In this document: piece after piece, positions 30,093 through 40,504 of the stretch
Layout of the letters: each line of letters starts with the position of its first letter
How positions within the stretch are numbered: the stretch's first letter is position 1
Virus record (IMG/VR): IMGVR_UViG_3300032893_000763
Coordinates: 1 to 64,000 of that record
Origin: a virus
Length of the DNA: 64,000 nucleotides
Direction: 5' to 3' (one strand)
Translations under genes and position numbers: made by a program
Notes under the pieces: generated by a model
Database searches by the model: none
Told to the model about the DNA's origin: nothing
The model's input: the letters and a program-made list of their open reading frames with translations, nothing else

Positions 30093-30520
30093 GCCCGCCC
30101 CCCCGCGCACGCACGGCTAGGCGATACGACCGTGTGGGAGTCAACAGGCCGATCTCCCCGGCCACCGAGAAGGGCTCCCCGGCGGGAGCCCTTCGCTATT
30201 CGGGCTCGTGGACGGCGGCAGCGAAGGCGAAGAAGTCGTCCATGATGCCCTCGATGGTGGGGTCGAGGAACTGCGCGAGCAGCTTCCCGTCCCGCGACCG
30301 GCGCACCTGCGAGGAGACGATCCTGCCTCCGACAAGCTCCTGCGCGAGGACGACGGCACCACGGTAGCTCGGGAGGCCCGTCACCGTCTTGCACGTCATG
30401 TCGTCGCGGAGGAACCGCACTGTGTAGTTGTCTGTCATGCCAGGGAGTCTCTCCGCGAGCGCCTCCTTCTTACGCCGGTTGCAGTCGGGGCAGTTGATCG
30501 GAAGGCGGATGTCCACAATA

Positions 30521-30573
30521 TCACCCTATCGGGTGATGCACTCTTGGCGCAGACGGCCGATACTTGGGACATG
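30521..30573 (+). promoter_or_regulatory. Tripartite leaderless promoter, copy 5
   Basis: Perfect TCACCC-TATC-GGGTGA, 19 nt, GCCGATACT, ATG at 30571. Confidence 0.85.
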
Positions 30574-31965
30574 AGCTACACACCGATCAACACAATCCGC
30601 GTCAACGGCACCCTGTTCGTCATGAGCGAGCGCACGTTCAACGACGTGTGCGAGGGTGCGCGGCTGGCGCAGGCGGAGGCCACCGCGAAGGACGTGCGGA
30701 ACTCCGTCGAGGCCCCGACCATGTGGGGCGAGGAGATCGACCCTCGCCTCGGGAGGATCTAATGGCACCGACCGTGAACAACCTCGGCGGCAAGATGTAC
30801 GGCGACGGCGAGTACGTGTGCGAGTTCGAGAACGCCTCGTCCGACCTCTGCCCGACCACCGCTCTCCTGCTCTCCCCCTCGGGGCAGTGCTACACGACGC
30901 CCCTCCAGTCGGACGAGCAGGCCAACATCGCCACCGCCCGCAAGCTCATCCTCATCGTGCGGGCGAAGGAAGGAGCACTCTCGTGAACGACGAGACGACA
31001 CACGCAGTCTTCGCCACCACGCACCAACACGAGCGAGTCCGCGTGTCGGACGCCCTCGGCTGGCGCGAGGCACAGCGAGAGTGGCAGCGGCTCGACCTGC
31101 TTCGGCTCGCCGGGCTCATGCCGCACGTCAAGCACCTGGAGGTTCGCTCGACGGACGATCCCGGCTACATCTCGGCCCGGCTCTCGTTCCTGCACCGCAG
31201 GCCCGTGCTCAAGGGCTCGCGCGGCTACGCCGACTCCAAGGGGTCGGGGTGGGGCAACGAGTACACCGGCAAGGAGAAGGCGGCTCGCAAGGCGTGGAGC
31301 CTGTTCGCGCCGACGTTCCGCGCATCGTGGGACAAGGATCGGGACAAGTTCCGCCGGTCGCAGGGCAAGGCCCCGCTCATGGAGCGCACGGGCGTGCAGG
31401 GCTCGGGCGGCTGGTACTACTGGCCGAACGGCACCACGGCAGCACAGGGCCTCTCCTCGCTCGCCACGCTGTGCGAGCGGCGCGGGCTCATCGTCCAGGG
31501 CCTCAACGACAAGTGGTTCGCTCTCGACTTGAGCGAGCCGGAAGGAGTCTGACATGAAGCGCAGCCGGTTCCAAGCGTTGTTCAACGACTGCCCCGGTGC
31601 AGTGCTCGGCTCCGGGCCGGAGATGTCCAACCCTGGCCGCATCATCGTGGAGTCCGAGGACTCCGTGCGGGCCATCGAGTACATGCGCACCAAGACCAAG
31701 ATGCTCCGCATCGAGCCGCACACGCGGTGGTGCGAGGGCATCGTCATCGTCTTCGACTGGAAGGAGAACTGAGATGGGCGACGAACTTCCGATCTACGTC
31801 CACGTCCGCACCGGCTCGCGTGAGTGGCAGTACCGCTTCACGCAGGGCGTCGGCATCGAGCGCCGGTACTACCGGCAGGCGACCCTCAAGTGGAGCAAGT
31901 GGGAGCCCGAGCCGAACTCCAGCGTCTCGGACGCGGTGCTCACGCTCATGGTCGAGATGCGCTAG
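30571..31965 (+). other. Cassette of about 5 small hypothetical genes
   Basis: Coupled ORFs including 30571-30762, 30983-31552 and 31554-31772. Confidence 0.6.
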
Positions 31966-32620
31966 CCGAACAGGCGCTTCCAGAAGCCGGGGCTCTCTAC
32001 GGGCTCCGGCTTCTGTGCGGGCTCTACGATGTAGCGCGGGAAGTCGAGGCGCTCGAAGCCCTGGCCCATGTGCTCCGCGAGCACCACGAGCCCGCGTGCG
32101 AGCCCGTCGAGCCGCTCCAGGACTTCGGCGTGCTGCTCGTGCATGTCCCGAGCCACGGCCGCGATCAGGGCCTCCAGGGCCTCGGTGTCGAGCCCCTCGA
32201 CCACGGAGGGGTCGAACGTCTCAAGCTTCGGGCCGTAGTCCTTCTCGACCAACTCCTCCCCGAGGTCGAACTCGTCCTCGGCCTCTGCCTCGGCCTCATC
32301 ACCGACCTCGAAGGGCTCGTCGGCGTCGGCGGCTTCGCGGGTGCCCGGCTGCGTGCCGGTGTAGTCCGTGTAGTCCATCTCGACCACCACGCCCGCCGCC
32401 TCGGCCGATCCCCGGAAGGAGCGACGGCCGCGAGCTTCGGCAGCTTGTGCCGACCGGCCCACACCGACGCCTTCGAGATTGTCGGCCGCGCCCGGCTGCC
32501 TGCCGTGGATCACACGCTCTCCGGGCTTGTGCGGGTCTACCTCGCCCGCAAGCACGAGTGCCCTGCGCTTGGCCTGGATACGGGCCGTGAGGTCTTGACT
32601 CTCTGCGTCCAGTCCCATGC
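31962..32620 (-). CDS. Acidic hypothetical protein
   Basis: Leaderless TACACT-N6-ATG start. Confidence 0.6.
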
Positions 32621-32670
32621 CGGAAGTGTACCAGGCGTTCAACTCGGCCCGCTTCGGCTAGAATCGGGGC

Positions 32671-33774
32671 ATGAAGGTGATGATGCTCCTCAACGAGGAC
32701 GGGCAGCCCTGCGCCTACCACTTCGGCCCGGAAGGCACCGTCTTCCGCTTCTCCGCAGACGACGCCGACGCACAGGCAATCGCGTTCACCAAGGCTGTGA
32801 ACGACGGCATCGAGCGCGGAGAGGAGATCGAGGGCGAGGCTGCGCTCCAGGTGGCCGAGGTCATCAAGGAGGCTGCGGCTGGCACCGTCGTCTGGAACGG
32901 CGAGGACGGCCTCAACGACTGGCGCGACGACATCCAGGCTTCGCTTCCGCGCGACTCGTCCGGCTCCGGCCCCTACGCCGAGATCGGCGGCACCTACAGC
33001 TTCTACGTCGAGGACATCTCGCGCGACGGCACCAAGGCCCTCGTCTGCGGATGGGGCAGCGGCCAGTCCGAACACTACGTCGTCCCGATCACGGTCAACG
33101 CCGAGGGCGAGCCCTGCGCCGCGCCGAAGGACAAGTGGGTCAAGGTCGAGGAGCAGTACGTCGCCACGCTCAAGGCCGGGCGCAAGTTCTCCTCGAAGCA
33201 CCTGGAGGCGATGAAGACGGCGCATGAGGCGCTCGGCAAGCTCATCGCCGTCGGGGACGCCGAGCGCGAGGCTCCGGCCAACGAGAAGGGTGACGAGCCC
33301 ACCGAGAAGTCCGCGCTCGCGTACACGGTCGAGAAGGCGAACAGCGCGATGCGCTACACGCTCGGCCCGTTGTACGCTCCGATGCGCGAGGACGCCCACA
33401 AGGAGTGGATCGAGGCGGACGAGTTGCAGAAGTCCGTCCACGACTTCGTGCGCGACTCGGCCGAAAATGGTCGGCGCATCAACCTCCAGCACGGCGACCT
33501 CGGAGACATCCAGTGCGGCGAGTGGGTCGAGTGCCTGGCGTGGCCGTACGAGCACACGATCAAGGTGCGCAACGCCGCAGGCGAGGAGCACGAGGTCGAG
33601 ATGCCTGCGGGCACCGTCTACCTCGGGGTCGTGTGGGACGAGGAGTATTGGGACGTGGAGAAGTCCCGCCCGAAGGGCATCGACGGCTACTCCCTCGGCG
33701 GTCGCGCGATGAAGGTGCGCGGGACGAGCGAGGCGCTCAAGTCGATGGGCTACAAGGTTCAGAAGACCGCCTAG
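32671..33774 (+). CDS. XkdF-like prohead serine protease
   Basis: YTLGPLYAP..EDAH.EW...INLQHG...GEWVE...GTVYLGV.W...GYSLGG. Confidence 0.8.
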   Translation: MKVMMLLNEDGQPCAYHFGPEGTVFRFSADDADAQAIAFTKAVNDGIERGEEIEGEAALQVAEVIKEAAAGTVVWNGEDGLNDWRDDIQASLPRDSSGSGPYAEIGGTYSFYVEDISRDGTKALVCGWGSGQSEHYVVPITVNAEGEPCAAPKDKWVKVEEQYVATLKAGRKFSSKHLEAMKTAHEALGKLIAVGDAEREAPANEKGDEPTEKSALAYTVEKANSAMRYTLGPLYAPMREDAHKEWIEADELQKSVHDFVRDSAENGRRINLQHGDLGDIQCGEWVECLAWPYEHTIKVRNAAGEEHEVEMPAGTVYLGVVWDEEYWDVEKSRPKGIDGYSLGGRAMKVRGTSEALKSMGYKVQKTA

Positions 33775-33778
33775 TGGC

Positions 33779-36120
33779 ATGGCTCCGGGAGACGAGAACC
33801 TCACAGTGAGTCTTCTCCGCGCGGAGATCCGCGCGGCCCGCGCTGAGGATCGCAACGAGTTCTTCATGGAACTCGACAAGAGACTCAAGCCGGTGCACGA
33901 CCACATCGCCGCGATCAATCGGGGCGAGTTCACGGACGGCTTCAAGGCCGGAATCCTCCGCGTCGTCGGAGAGCAGGTCGTCAGCCGGTGGACGATGAAG
34001 GCGAACAAGGCCGTCGTCTACACCGCCATCGTGGCGCTCGCTACGCTCGCCACCAACATCGCTCTCATCGTCCACTAGGCTCCCGCCATGTCGGCCAGGG
34101 TGTGCGACCGCTGCTCCGTCCGGTGGCCGAAGGGCGAGGAGTTCAAGAAGTGCCCCGGCTGCGGGCGCAACACGCAGTTCCGCGTGCACATCGAGGCGGA
34201 GGACGGGTGGGAGGATCGCTACCTCGACGCTCAGCGGGCGAATAGCGCCATGCCTGCCGTCGAGTCCCGCACCGACGCCGACCGGCTCGACCGCTTCCAG
34301 AAGGCCGGGCTCGACCTCGCGCGGGCGCTGGAGTTCGCCGGGAACCGGCACGTGGATCTCTCGCTGTTCGAGCGCCTCCGGGGGCAGGGGTGCCCGCTGG
34401 AGACTGCCGTCGAGATCGTCGGCCCGATAGACTCCTAGACGTGAGCCGGACTGAGATCCCCGTCTACGCGGTCAACCGCGTAGCCTACGAGCCGTACGAC
34501 GCCGTGAACGGCGATCCGACCAACGGCATGTACTTCGCGGACAACGGCGGCTACACGTGGCTGGAGATCGACAACCCCGGCTCGCTGCCGATCACCGTCG
34601 GCGCGGTCGTCTCGGTGGACGCGGTGGACGACATCGTGATCCCGGACAAGGAGATCGAGGTCGATCCCGGCTCGGCCGTGCACTTCGGCCCGTTCCCGAA
34701 GAAGTGGTACTCGCAGCCCGACCTCTCGGTCTACTTCGAGGTCGATCCCGACGGGGTGTACGGCGATGAAGGCACGTGCCTCACGTTCTCCGCCTACGAA
34801 CTCTCCAGCGTGATCTAATGGGCTACGCTCCGGTCACGCTCATCAAGACTCCGCCTGCCGATCCGGTCGCTGGCACGTCGCTCACCGTCCTGGACGACAC
34901 GGGCGACCGCTACCCGGCGACTCCGTTCACCGGCCTCGTCTTCCCGCTCCAGACCATCCCCACCATCGGCGTGAACGCCGAGGAGGTCACGGTCACGGAG
35001 GTCGAGGGCGACACGCTCACCATCGTGCGTGGTGACTCGCCCATCGCCATCACGTCGGGCCTCCAGTTGTGGGCGACTCGCACGCAGACGAACTACGACA
35101 ACGGCGCAACCGTGACGCTCTCGCAGGACTTCCCGGACACCGACACGACCGTCTACCTCATGCTGCGCACACCGCAGGGCGAGGTCGGCCGCTACGGGAC
35201 GGCGCTCTCCTCCGTGGACGGCGAGGGTGTGACGACGTACAGCTTCGAGTTCGTCGTCAACGAGTCCGGCCAGTGGTACTACGGGTGGGCGAGCGATCAG
35301 CGTGTCGAGCCCGAGCAGGACTTCTACGTCCGGTTCTCCGAGGTTCTGTAGTGCCGCTCCCGCCCGGAGCAGACGAGTTCTCCCCGCCGGTCGGCGCTCC
35401 CTTCCCCGAAGGGATCGTGGTGCTCGGCGTGCCGGGGCCTGCCGGTGAAGGCGGCGGCGGATCGCTCAACGGCATCTCCAACCCGTCTGCCGGAATCCTG
35501 GAGGGTGTCCACGGAGGCGAGCTTCGGTTCTCGGACGAGAATGGTGCCGTGACGCTCCAGTCCGCCGGAGGCAGCGGTGTCGCCCTCGTTGACCCGAGCG
35601 GTGGAGAGATCCAGGTCAAGGGAGACGGCACCGTCTGGATTCACGCCACGGACGAGGACATCGTGGTCGAGGTCGGCGGCGGTGGCGAGTTCATCGTCGG
35701 CGGCACGGCAGGAGACAACCCCGCCAACATGAAGCTCCGCGTCAACGGGCGCGGCGTCGGCTTCTACGGCAACGACGCCATCGACCAACCGACCGTATCG
35801 GCCACCCCGAACGCACAGGACGTGGTTGACGCCCTCGTGGCGCTCGGGCTCGTGACGCAGGCGTCGTAGGGCGCTAGAATCCTGACATGGCCGCGTACAC
35901 GATCATCAACGGCACGGACTCGCAGTTGTCGAACGTGGACGGCTCCTCGACCAACGTGGACGCCCACACGTACAAGGATGGCGTGACGCTCGACTCGTCG
36001 CACCTGACGACGCTGCTCACCACGGCCGGGGTCGCAGTCGTGAAGGATCTCACCGGGGTCGCGGACGCCACGCAGAAGAAGCGCATCATCGCGGTCGCGT
36101 CCCTCTACGCCTCGACGTAG
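33779..36120 (+). other. Late-type cluster: membrane protein 33779-34078, Zn-ribbon 34088-34438, acidic probable virion proteins 34441-34818, 34818-35351, 35351-35869, 35887-36120
   Basis: Composition, translational coupling and leaderless TAGA(C/A)T promoters. Confidence 0.6.
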
Positions 36121-36430
36121 CGCATGTTCTACGCCATCACAGGAGCCGTGCTCGGCACCTACGAGGCGGTGGCAGTTACGACCAAGCGGGTGCCCACCGT
36201 GAGCGCCTGGAGCGCCCGGCGTCGGCACACGAGAGTGCTGGCCGTGGCGTGGGCTCTCGGGCTCGCGGTGCACCTGGCGAGGCACAAGCCGTGAGCGACA
36301 AGCACAAGCACGAGCACAAGCCCGAGCTTGAAAAGGACGAGGAGGAAGTCAAGCCCGAGCTTGAACTCAACGACGCCGAGAAGGCGTTGGAGGAGCTTCT
36401 CGTGGAGGGCGACTTCTCCTAAGAACCACT

Positions 36431-36462
36431 ACGGCCCCCGGACTCGATGCACCGGGGGCCGT
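36431..36462. terminator. Hairpin between convergent units
   Basis: ACGGCCCCCGG...CCGGGGGCCGT. Confidence 0.65.
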
Positions 36463-36496
36463 CTTGGCGGGGGAGGGGGCTACCGGCCCCGCAAGC

Positions 36497-36876
36497 TCAT
36501 CGGTAGTTGGAGAGCGTCTCGCGCTCCCACGCTGCGACCTCCAGGCATCCGCCGGGGTCGTCGTGGATCGCGCAGCGGCGGCAGTAGCCGCACGGCTTCG
36601 GGGGGTGGCGCTTGACGAAGCCGACGCTCATGCACTGGAAGGTGTCCGAGCCGATCACGAGCAGGTCACCGACGCTCATGCTCGGGAGCCGGTAGCCGAT
36701 GGCCTCAAGCCGGTCGGCGTCGGCCTCGGTCACGCGGTTGAAGAACCGGAAGGCGTCCTCGGGGCTCATCGCCGGGAGGGAGCCGCTCCACTCGGTCGCC
36801 CGCGTGGGGCGGCCTCCTGGATGCGCGAGGCAATCGCGGAGACGACAGTGATGTGGGTGTTCTGTGAAGTGGTCAT
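36497..36876 (-). pseudogene. YodL-like hypothetical gene with apparent frameshift near 36815
   Basis: Promoter-defined MTTSQNTHITVVSAIASRIQE continues in the -1 frame as GRPTRATEW...SMSVGDLLVI. Confidence 0.5.
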
Positions 36877-36928
36877 GTTCACAGTATCGGCCATATTCAC
36901 AGGTGTTGTGAATCACCCGAAAGAGTGA
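36874..36928 (-). promoter_or_regulatory. Tripartite leaderless promoter, copy 6
   Basis: TCACTC-TTTC-GGGTGA, 21 nt, GCCGATACT, ATG at 36876. Confidence 0.75.
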
Positions 36929-36931
36929 AGA

Positions 36932-37009
36932 TGCGGCGGCGCGGAGCGGGCCTCGAACCCGCAACCTCCGATGCCTCGGGCTCTACCTCTTGAGCTACCC
37001 GCCCGCCGC
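36932..37009 (-). ncRNA. tRNA-like RNA lacking an anticodon loop
   Basis: TA-GCTC-AAGAGGTA-GAGC D arm, GCGGG-TTCGAGG-CCCGC T arm, CCGA-GGCA-TCGG mini-arm, 12-bp bulged acceptor stem. Confidence 0.7.
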
Positions 37010-37059
37010 GTGCCGGTTGCACCCCGGCGGCGTCAGCCGGGAAGGAACCGGAAACCCTA

Positions 37060-37385
37060 TGGAGCCGGTGGGAATCGAACCCACGTCCGAACAGGTGGTG
37101 CGCTGGAAGTTGATAGCAGCTTCTTGGGGGCATGTGCCCTCCACCAGGGCAGCCGTCTCTCCGGCTCCGTAGTCCGCTCGTCTCTCCGAGCCGTCCTTCG
37201 CGTGGTGCCCTACGCGAACGAGGGAGCGAAGGCCGGGGACGCAGGCACGAGGCCCTTGATCCACGACTTCGCCGCGACGATCAGCTTGGTGATCGCACTT
37301 GACGTTGCCCTCCGGGCCGGTGCGGTAGGCCGCAACCCGCTGCCTTCTCACGTCCGTTCCTATCCGTCGAAGCCAGGTCGGCCCC
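37060..37385 (-). ncRNA. ssrA: tmRNA
   Basis: 5' GGGGCCGACCTGGCTTCGAC, 3' GGACGTGGGTTCGATTCCCACCGGCTCCA, G3:U70 pair, tag ORF 37210-37296, own TACACT promoter. CCA not encoded. Confidence 0.92.
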
Positions 37386-37409
37386 GCGAGAGAGTGTAGC
37401 ACCCTCACG

Positions 37410-38185
37410 GGAGCCCCCGGCTCGATCTCAAGCGCATCTCCCTCTGTGCTGTGGTAGGTGCGGGCGTCGTGTGCGGCAGACTTGAAGCGAGTGGACTAGA
37501 GAGTCCGATGCTCCGTCGTCTCTACCACTCTACGGTTTTAGTCGAGGGCTCGCCGTACGCCCCCTTCCTCCCGCGTTACTCCGCCACACCGTCTAGGCGA
37601 TGCGCCATTCCGCGCCTACCATCGAGGTCTAAAGCGATGCACCAAGCGGGAGCGCAGCACCACGGCTCGCGTGCGCCGCGACTAGTGACACGTCGAAGGG
37701 AACTCTGCAAGCCCTGAGTGGCTCGCTTCCAATCGGTGTGCGACCTCGTACGTCCGTGCTGGCCGGGCTCCCGCTTGATTCCTACGAGACTTCCTCAAGT
37801 GTCCGCCACGCCGTCCTCTCTCGCCTACCCTACCCGTTCGTGCGCACTCCCGGTTACTCTCGGCTTGAGACTCTGACGCTTTACTGTTTCACTCGCCCGT
37901 ACGCCTCATCCTCGTACACCCTTCGTTCAGGGGTCGCCCTCGGTCTTCGCTGCTAGCCGGGGTCGTGGTCGTTAGCCGTCAGGGGTGTAGTCAACGGTGT
38001 GCTGGACGGTACCTCGCAGTGGCGGGCACTGGAGGAAGTCTCGTGAGTCTTCATCCGCGCGACCGTAGTCTGCTCCTTCGCGGTGGAGACAAGTGATAGA
38101 GGGGAGTTCCGCCTTCCGGCCAGTTTCCCGTATCCGCTTGCAAGCACATCATCGGGCCGAAGCCCCAAGCCTGCAATCCCTCGTA
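37410..38185 (-). ncRNA. Candidate giant structured ncRNA (~780 nt)
   Basis: TTGACG-N18-TAGGAT promoter (38192-38221), no credible ORF, long-range stems (37784-37809 with 38019-38044; ~37641-37653 with ~37767-37779). 3' end approximate. Confidence 0.7.
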
Positions 38186-38217
38186 CGAGTGATCCTACTG
38201 GATTCGGGAAGGTTCCG

Positions 38218-38781
38218 TCAAGAGAGCGGGCAGACGTTGCCGACCTGCACGGGCTTGTAGTCCGTGATCTCCACGCAGACGTTGATGTACGTCTTGCCGG
38301 GGATGAGATGGCCGTCGTGCTCGGTCGGGTCGTTCGAGGGCCGCATGATGTTCTGATGCGTGTGGCCGTGGATGTTCGTGTGCCACCACTCGACGCCGAT
38401 GCCGGTCGAGCCGCGAGACGGGCCGGGGAACTCGACGGAGATCGGCCGGTGCGTGAAGGCCACGCCCTTGCGGATGAACTCGGGGATGATGGTGAAGCCC
38501 GCCTTGGCGTAGAGGTCGCTCTCGGGCTTGTCATGGTTGCCGAGGATCAGGTACTTGCGGCCGGGCAGGCGCGAGACGACGGCAGCCCACCGCTCGGGGT
38601 TGCCCTGCTTGCCCATGAACACGTCTCCGAGATGGAGGATGTCGTCCTCCTCGCCCACGTACTTGATCCAGTTCGAGAGCATGATGACCTCGTGGCTCTC
38701 GGGCCGCGCCTGGAACTTGATGATGTTCTTGTGGCCGAAGTGCGTGTCCGAGATGAGCCACGTGCGGTTGGCGATCTTCAC
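38218..38781 (-). CDS. Calcineurin-like metallophosphoesterase
   Basis: SDTHFGH, LGDV, GNHD, THRP, HGHTH. Confidence 0.9.
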   Translation of the reverse strand: MKIANRTWLISDTHFGHKNIIKFQARPESHEVIMLSNWIKYVGEEDDILHLGDVFMGKQGNPERWAAVVSRLPGRKYLILGNHDKPESDLYAKAGFTIIPEFIRKGVAFTHRPISVEFPGPSRGSTGIGVEWWHTNIHGHTHQNIMRPSNDPTEHDGHLIPGKTYINVCVEITDYKPVQVGNVCPLS

Positions 38782-38790
38782 ACCCCTAGC

Positions 38791-39231
38791 CTAGCGCATA
38801 GGCTGCGCGAAGACCACGAGGCGGTACGTCGCCGTGAACGGCGGGGTGCAGGTCGTGAGCACGAGACGTTCGTGCCCGACATCTTGAAGGGGCGCTGCGT
38901 CCGTCGGCGCGATGACTTCGCTGCCTGTGACGGAGTACGCCGTGGTACGTCCGGCGACTCGCAGGAAGATGCGAGCGCCTCGACGCAGGCGGTCGAGGAA
39001 GCGGAAGGGGCCATGTCCGCCGAATCCAGGCACAGGCGTCACCCGGTGTCCAGCGATGGCGATGGTGCAAGCGCATCCGGGCCGTCCCGATCCGGGGTAG
39101 AAGCCGGGGCCGTGCGCGAGCACGGACTCCCCCACACCCTCCCGCACAACGGTGCGGATGCCGAGCGCCGGAATCGTGAGCACCGGAGCCGGTGCAACGA
39201 TGGCGGGAGGGGTGGGAGGAGTCGCGTGCAT
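38791..39231 (-). CDS. Sortase (class E-like) without N-terminal membrane anchor
   Basis: LTIPALG...EG...L..GPG.Y...AGHRVT...PFR.LD.L..G...LVLTTCTP...RLVV supplies the His/Cys/Arg triad. Confidence 0.85.
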   Translation of the reverse strand: MHATPPTPPAIVAPAPVLTIPALGIRTVVREGVGESVLAHGPGFYPGSGRPGCACTIAIAGHRVTPVPGFGGHGPFRFLDRLRRGARIFLRVAGRTTAYSVTGSEVIAPTDAAPLQDVGHERLVLTTCTPPFTATYRLVVFAQPMR

Positions 39232-39235
39232 CGAG

Positions 39236-40414
39236 CTACTTGGTGTAGGCCAGCTTCTTCGGCTTCTTCGCCTTCGGCTTGGCCTTGGCCTTCGCAGCCG
39301 TCACCGGCTTCTGCGCGACCGGGTGCCACGCCTGTGCCGTCTCGGGCTTGACGCAGACGAGCGCCCCCGCGAGGTTGAGCGTGAACACGTAGCCGACCGG
39401 CGGCGCAGACTGCACGCCGTCGATGTTGACGCAGATGTCCGGCGTCGTGCCGTCAGCACCGGCAGGCCCGGCAGGCCCCTGCGGCCCGGCAGGCCCGGCA
39501 GGCCCGGCAGGCCCGGCAGGCCCCTGCGGGCCAGTTGCGCCCGTAGCGCCCGTCGCGCCGTTGGAGCCGTTGGCACCCGGAGCGCCGTCCTGGCCGTTCT
39601 GGCCGGGGCAGACGACCGTCGGATCACCGATGTTCTCGTCACCGTTGACGACCTGGATCACGGCACAGCCGCTCTCATCGGTCGAGACGACGACGCTGTT
39701 CCCGTTCTGGCCGGGAGCGCCCTGCGGGCCGGTGTCACCGGGCACGCCCTGCGCACCGTCCTGTCCGTTCGCGCCGTTGGAGCCGTTGCAAACGAACTGT
39801 TGATCGACCCGCTCACCCGAGGCGTCGTACACCTGGATCGCAACTCCGCCCGTCGTGGCGCAGACATCGCCACCCTCACCGGGGCCGAACGTCACGGTGG
39901 TCACCGTGTCGCCGTTCGTCCCGTTGGTGCCGTTCGTCCCGTTGGTGCCGTTGGTGCCCGGTGCGCCCTGCGGCCCGGCAGGCCCCTGCGGCCCGGCAGG
40001 CCCCTGCGGCCCCTGCGGCCCCTGCGGCCCCTGCGGCCCCTGTGCCCCGCACGAGGTCATCGTGGTCGTGCCGTACGAGGCCGACCCCGAGTTACCGTCG
40101 CGTGTGGAACCGGAAGTCCACGAAGCCGAGGCCGCGAGCTTGTCCCCGTTCACGAGCGTCAGCGAGATGGTGTCCGTCGCGCTTGAACCCGTGAAGGAGA
40201 ACTGCTTGGTCACGGCGGAGCCGCCGTTGACCGTGTAGGACTCGGTGATCGTGTTCTTGCCGCCGTTGCCCGACCCATGCGAATCGAACGCAGCGTACGA
40301 GTAGGTCAGGGTCGTACAGTCGTACGTGATCGTGCCGTTGTGCGCCGAAGCCACAGCGGCGAACACGCCAAACGCAGCGATGACCGCTGCGATGGTACCC
40401 ATCAACTTCTTCAT
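39236..40414 (-). CDS. Secreted collagen-like protein, probable sortase substrate
   Basis: Signal peptide ending ASA-H, three Gly-X-Y tracts separated by Cys-pair modules, Lys-rich linker, C-terminal LAYTK. Confidence 0.85.
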   Translation of the reverse strand: MKKLMGTIAAVIAAFGVFAAVASAHNGTITYDCTTLTYSYAAFDSHGSGNGGKNTITESYTVNGGSAVTKQFSFTGSSATDTISLTLVNGDKLAASASWTSGSTRDGNSGSASYGTTTMTSCGAQGPQGPQGPQGPQGPAGPQGPAGPQGAPGTNGTNGTNGTNGTNGDTVTTVTFGPGEGGDVCATTGGVAIQVYDASGERVDQQFVCNGSNGANGQDGAQGVPGDTGPQGAPGQNGNSVVVSTDESGCAVIQVVNGDENIGDPTVVCPGQNGQDGAPGANGSNGATGATGATGPQGPAGPAGPAGPAGPQGPAGPAGADGTTPDICVNIDGVQSAPPVGYVFTLNLAGALVCVKPETAQAWHPVAQKPVTAAKAKAKPKAKKPKKLAYTK

Positions 40415-40504
40415 ATCCGTACCTCCTTCATCGGTTAGCGTGAGATTTTCACGCTCCGCACTTACAAGTTTAGAAGACTCGGGTAGGTCTTGTCCAGAGG
40501 GTTC

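Noticed and set aside
37451-38200. Short ORFs within the giant-RNA region
   Set aside because: No phage codon bias, no RBS or leaderless context, S/R-rich.
39455-40045. 9-bp tandem repeats as CRISPR or VNTR
   Set aside because: In-frame Gly-X-Y collagen codons with no unique spacers.
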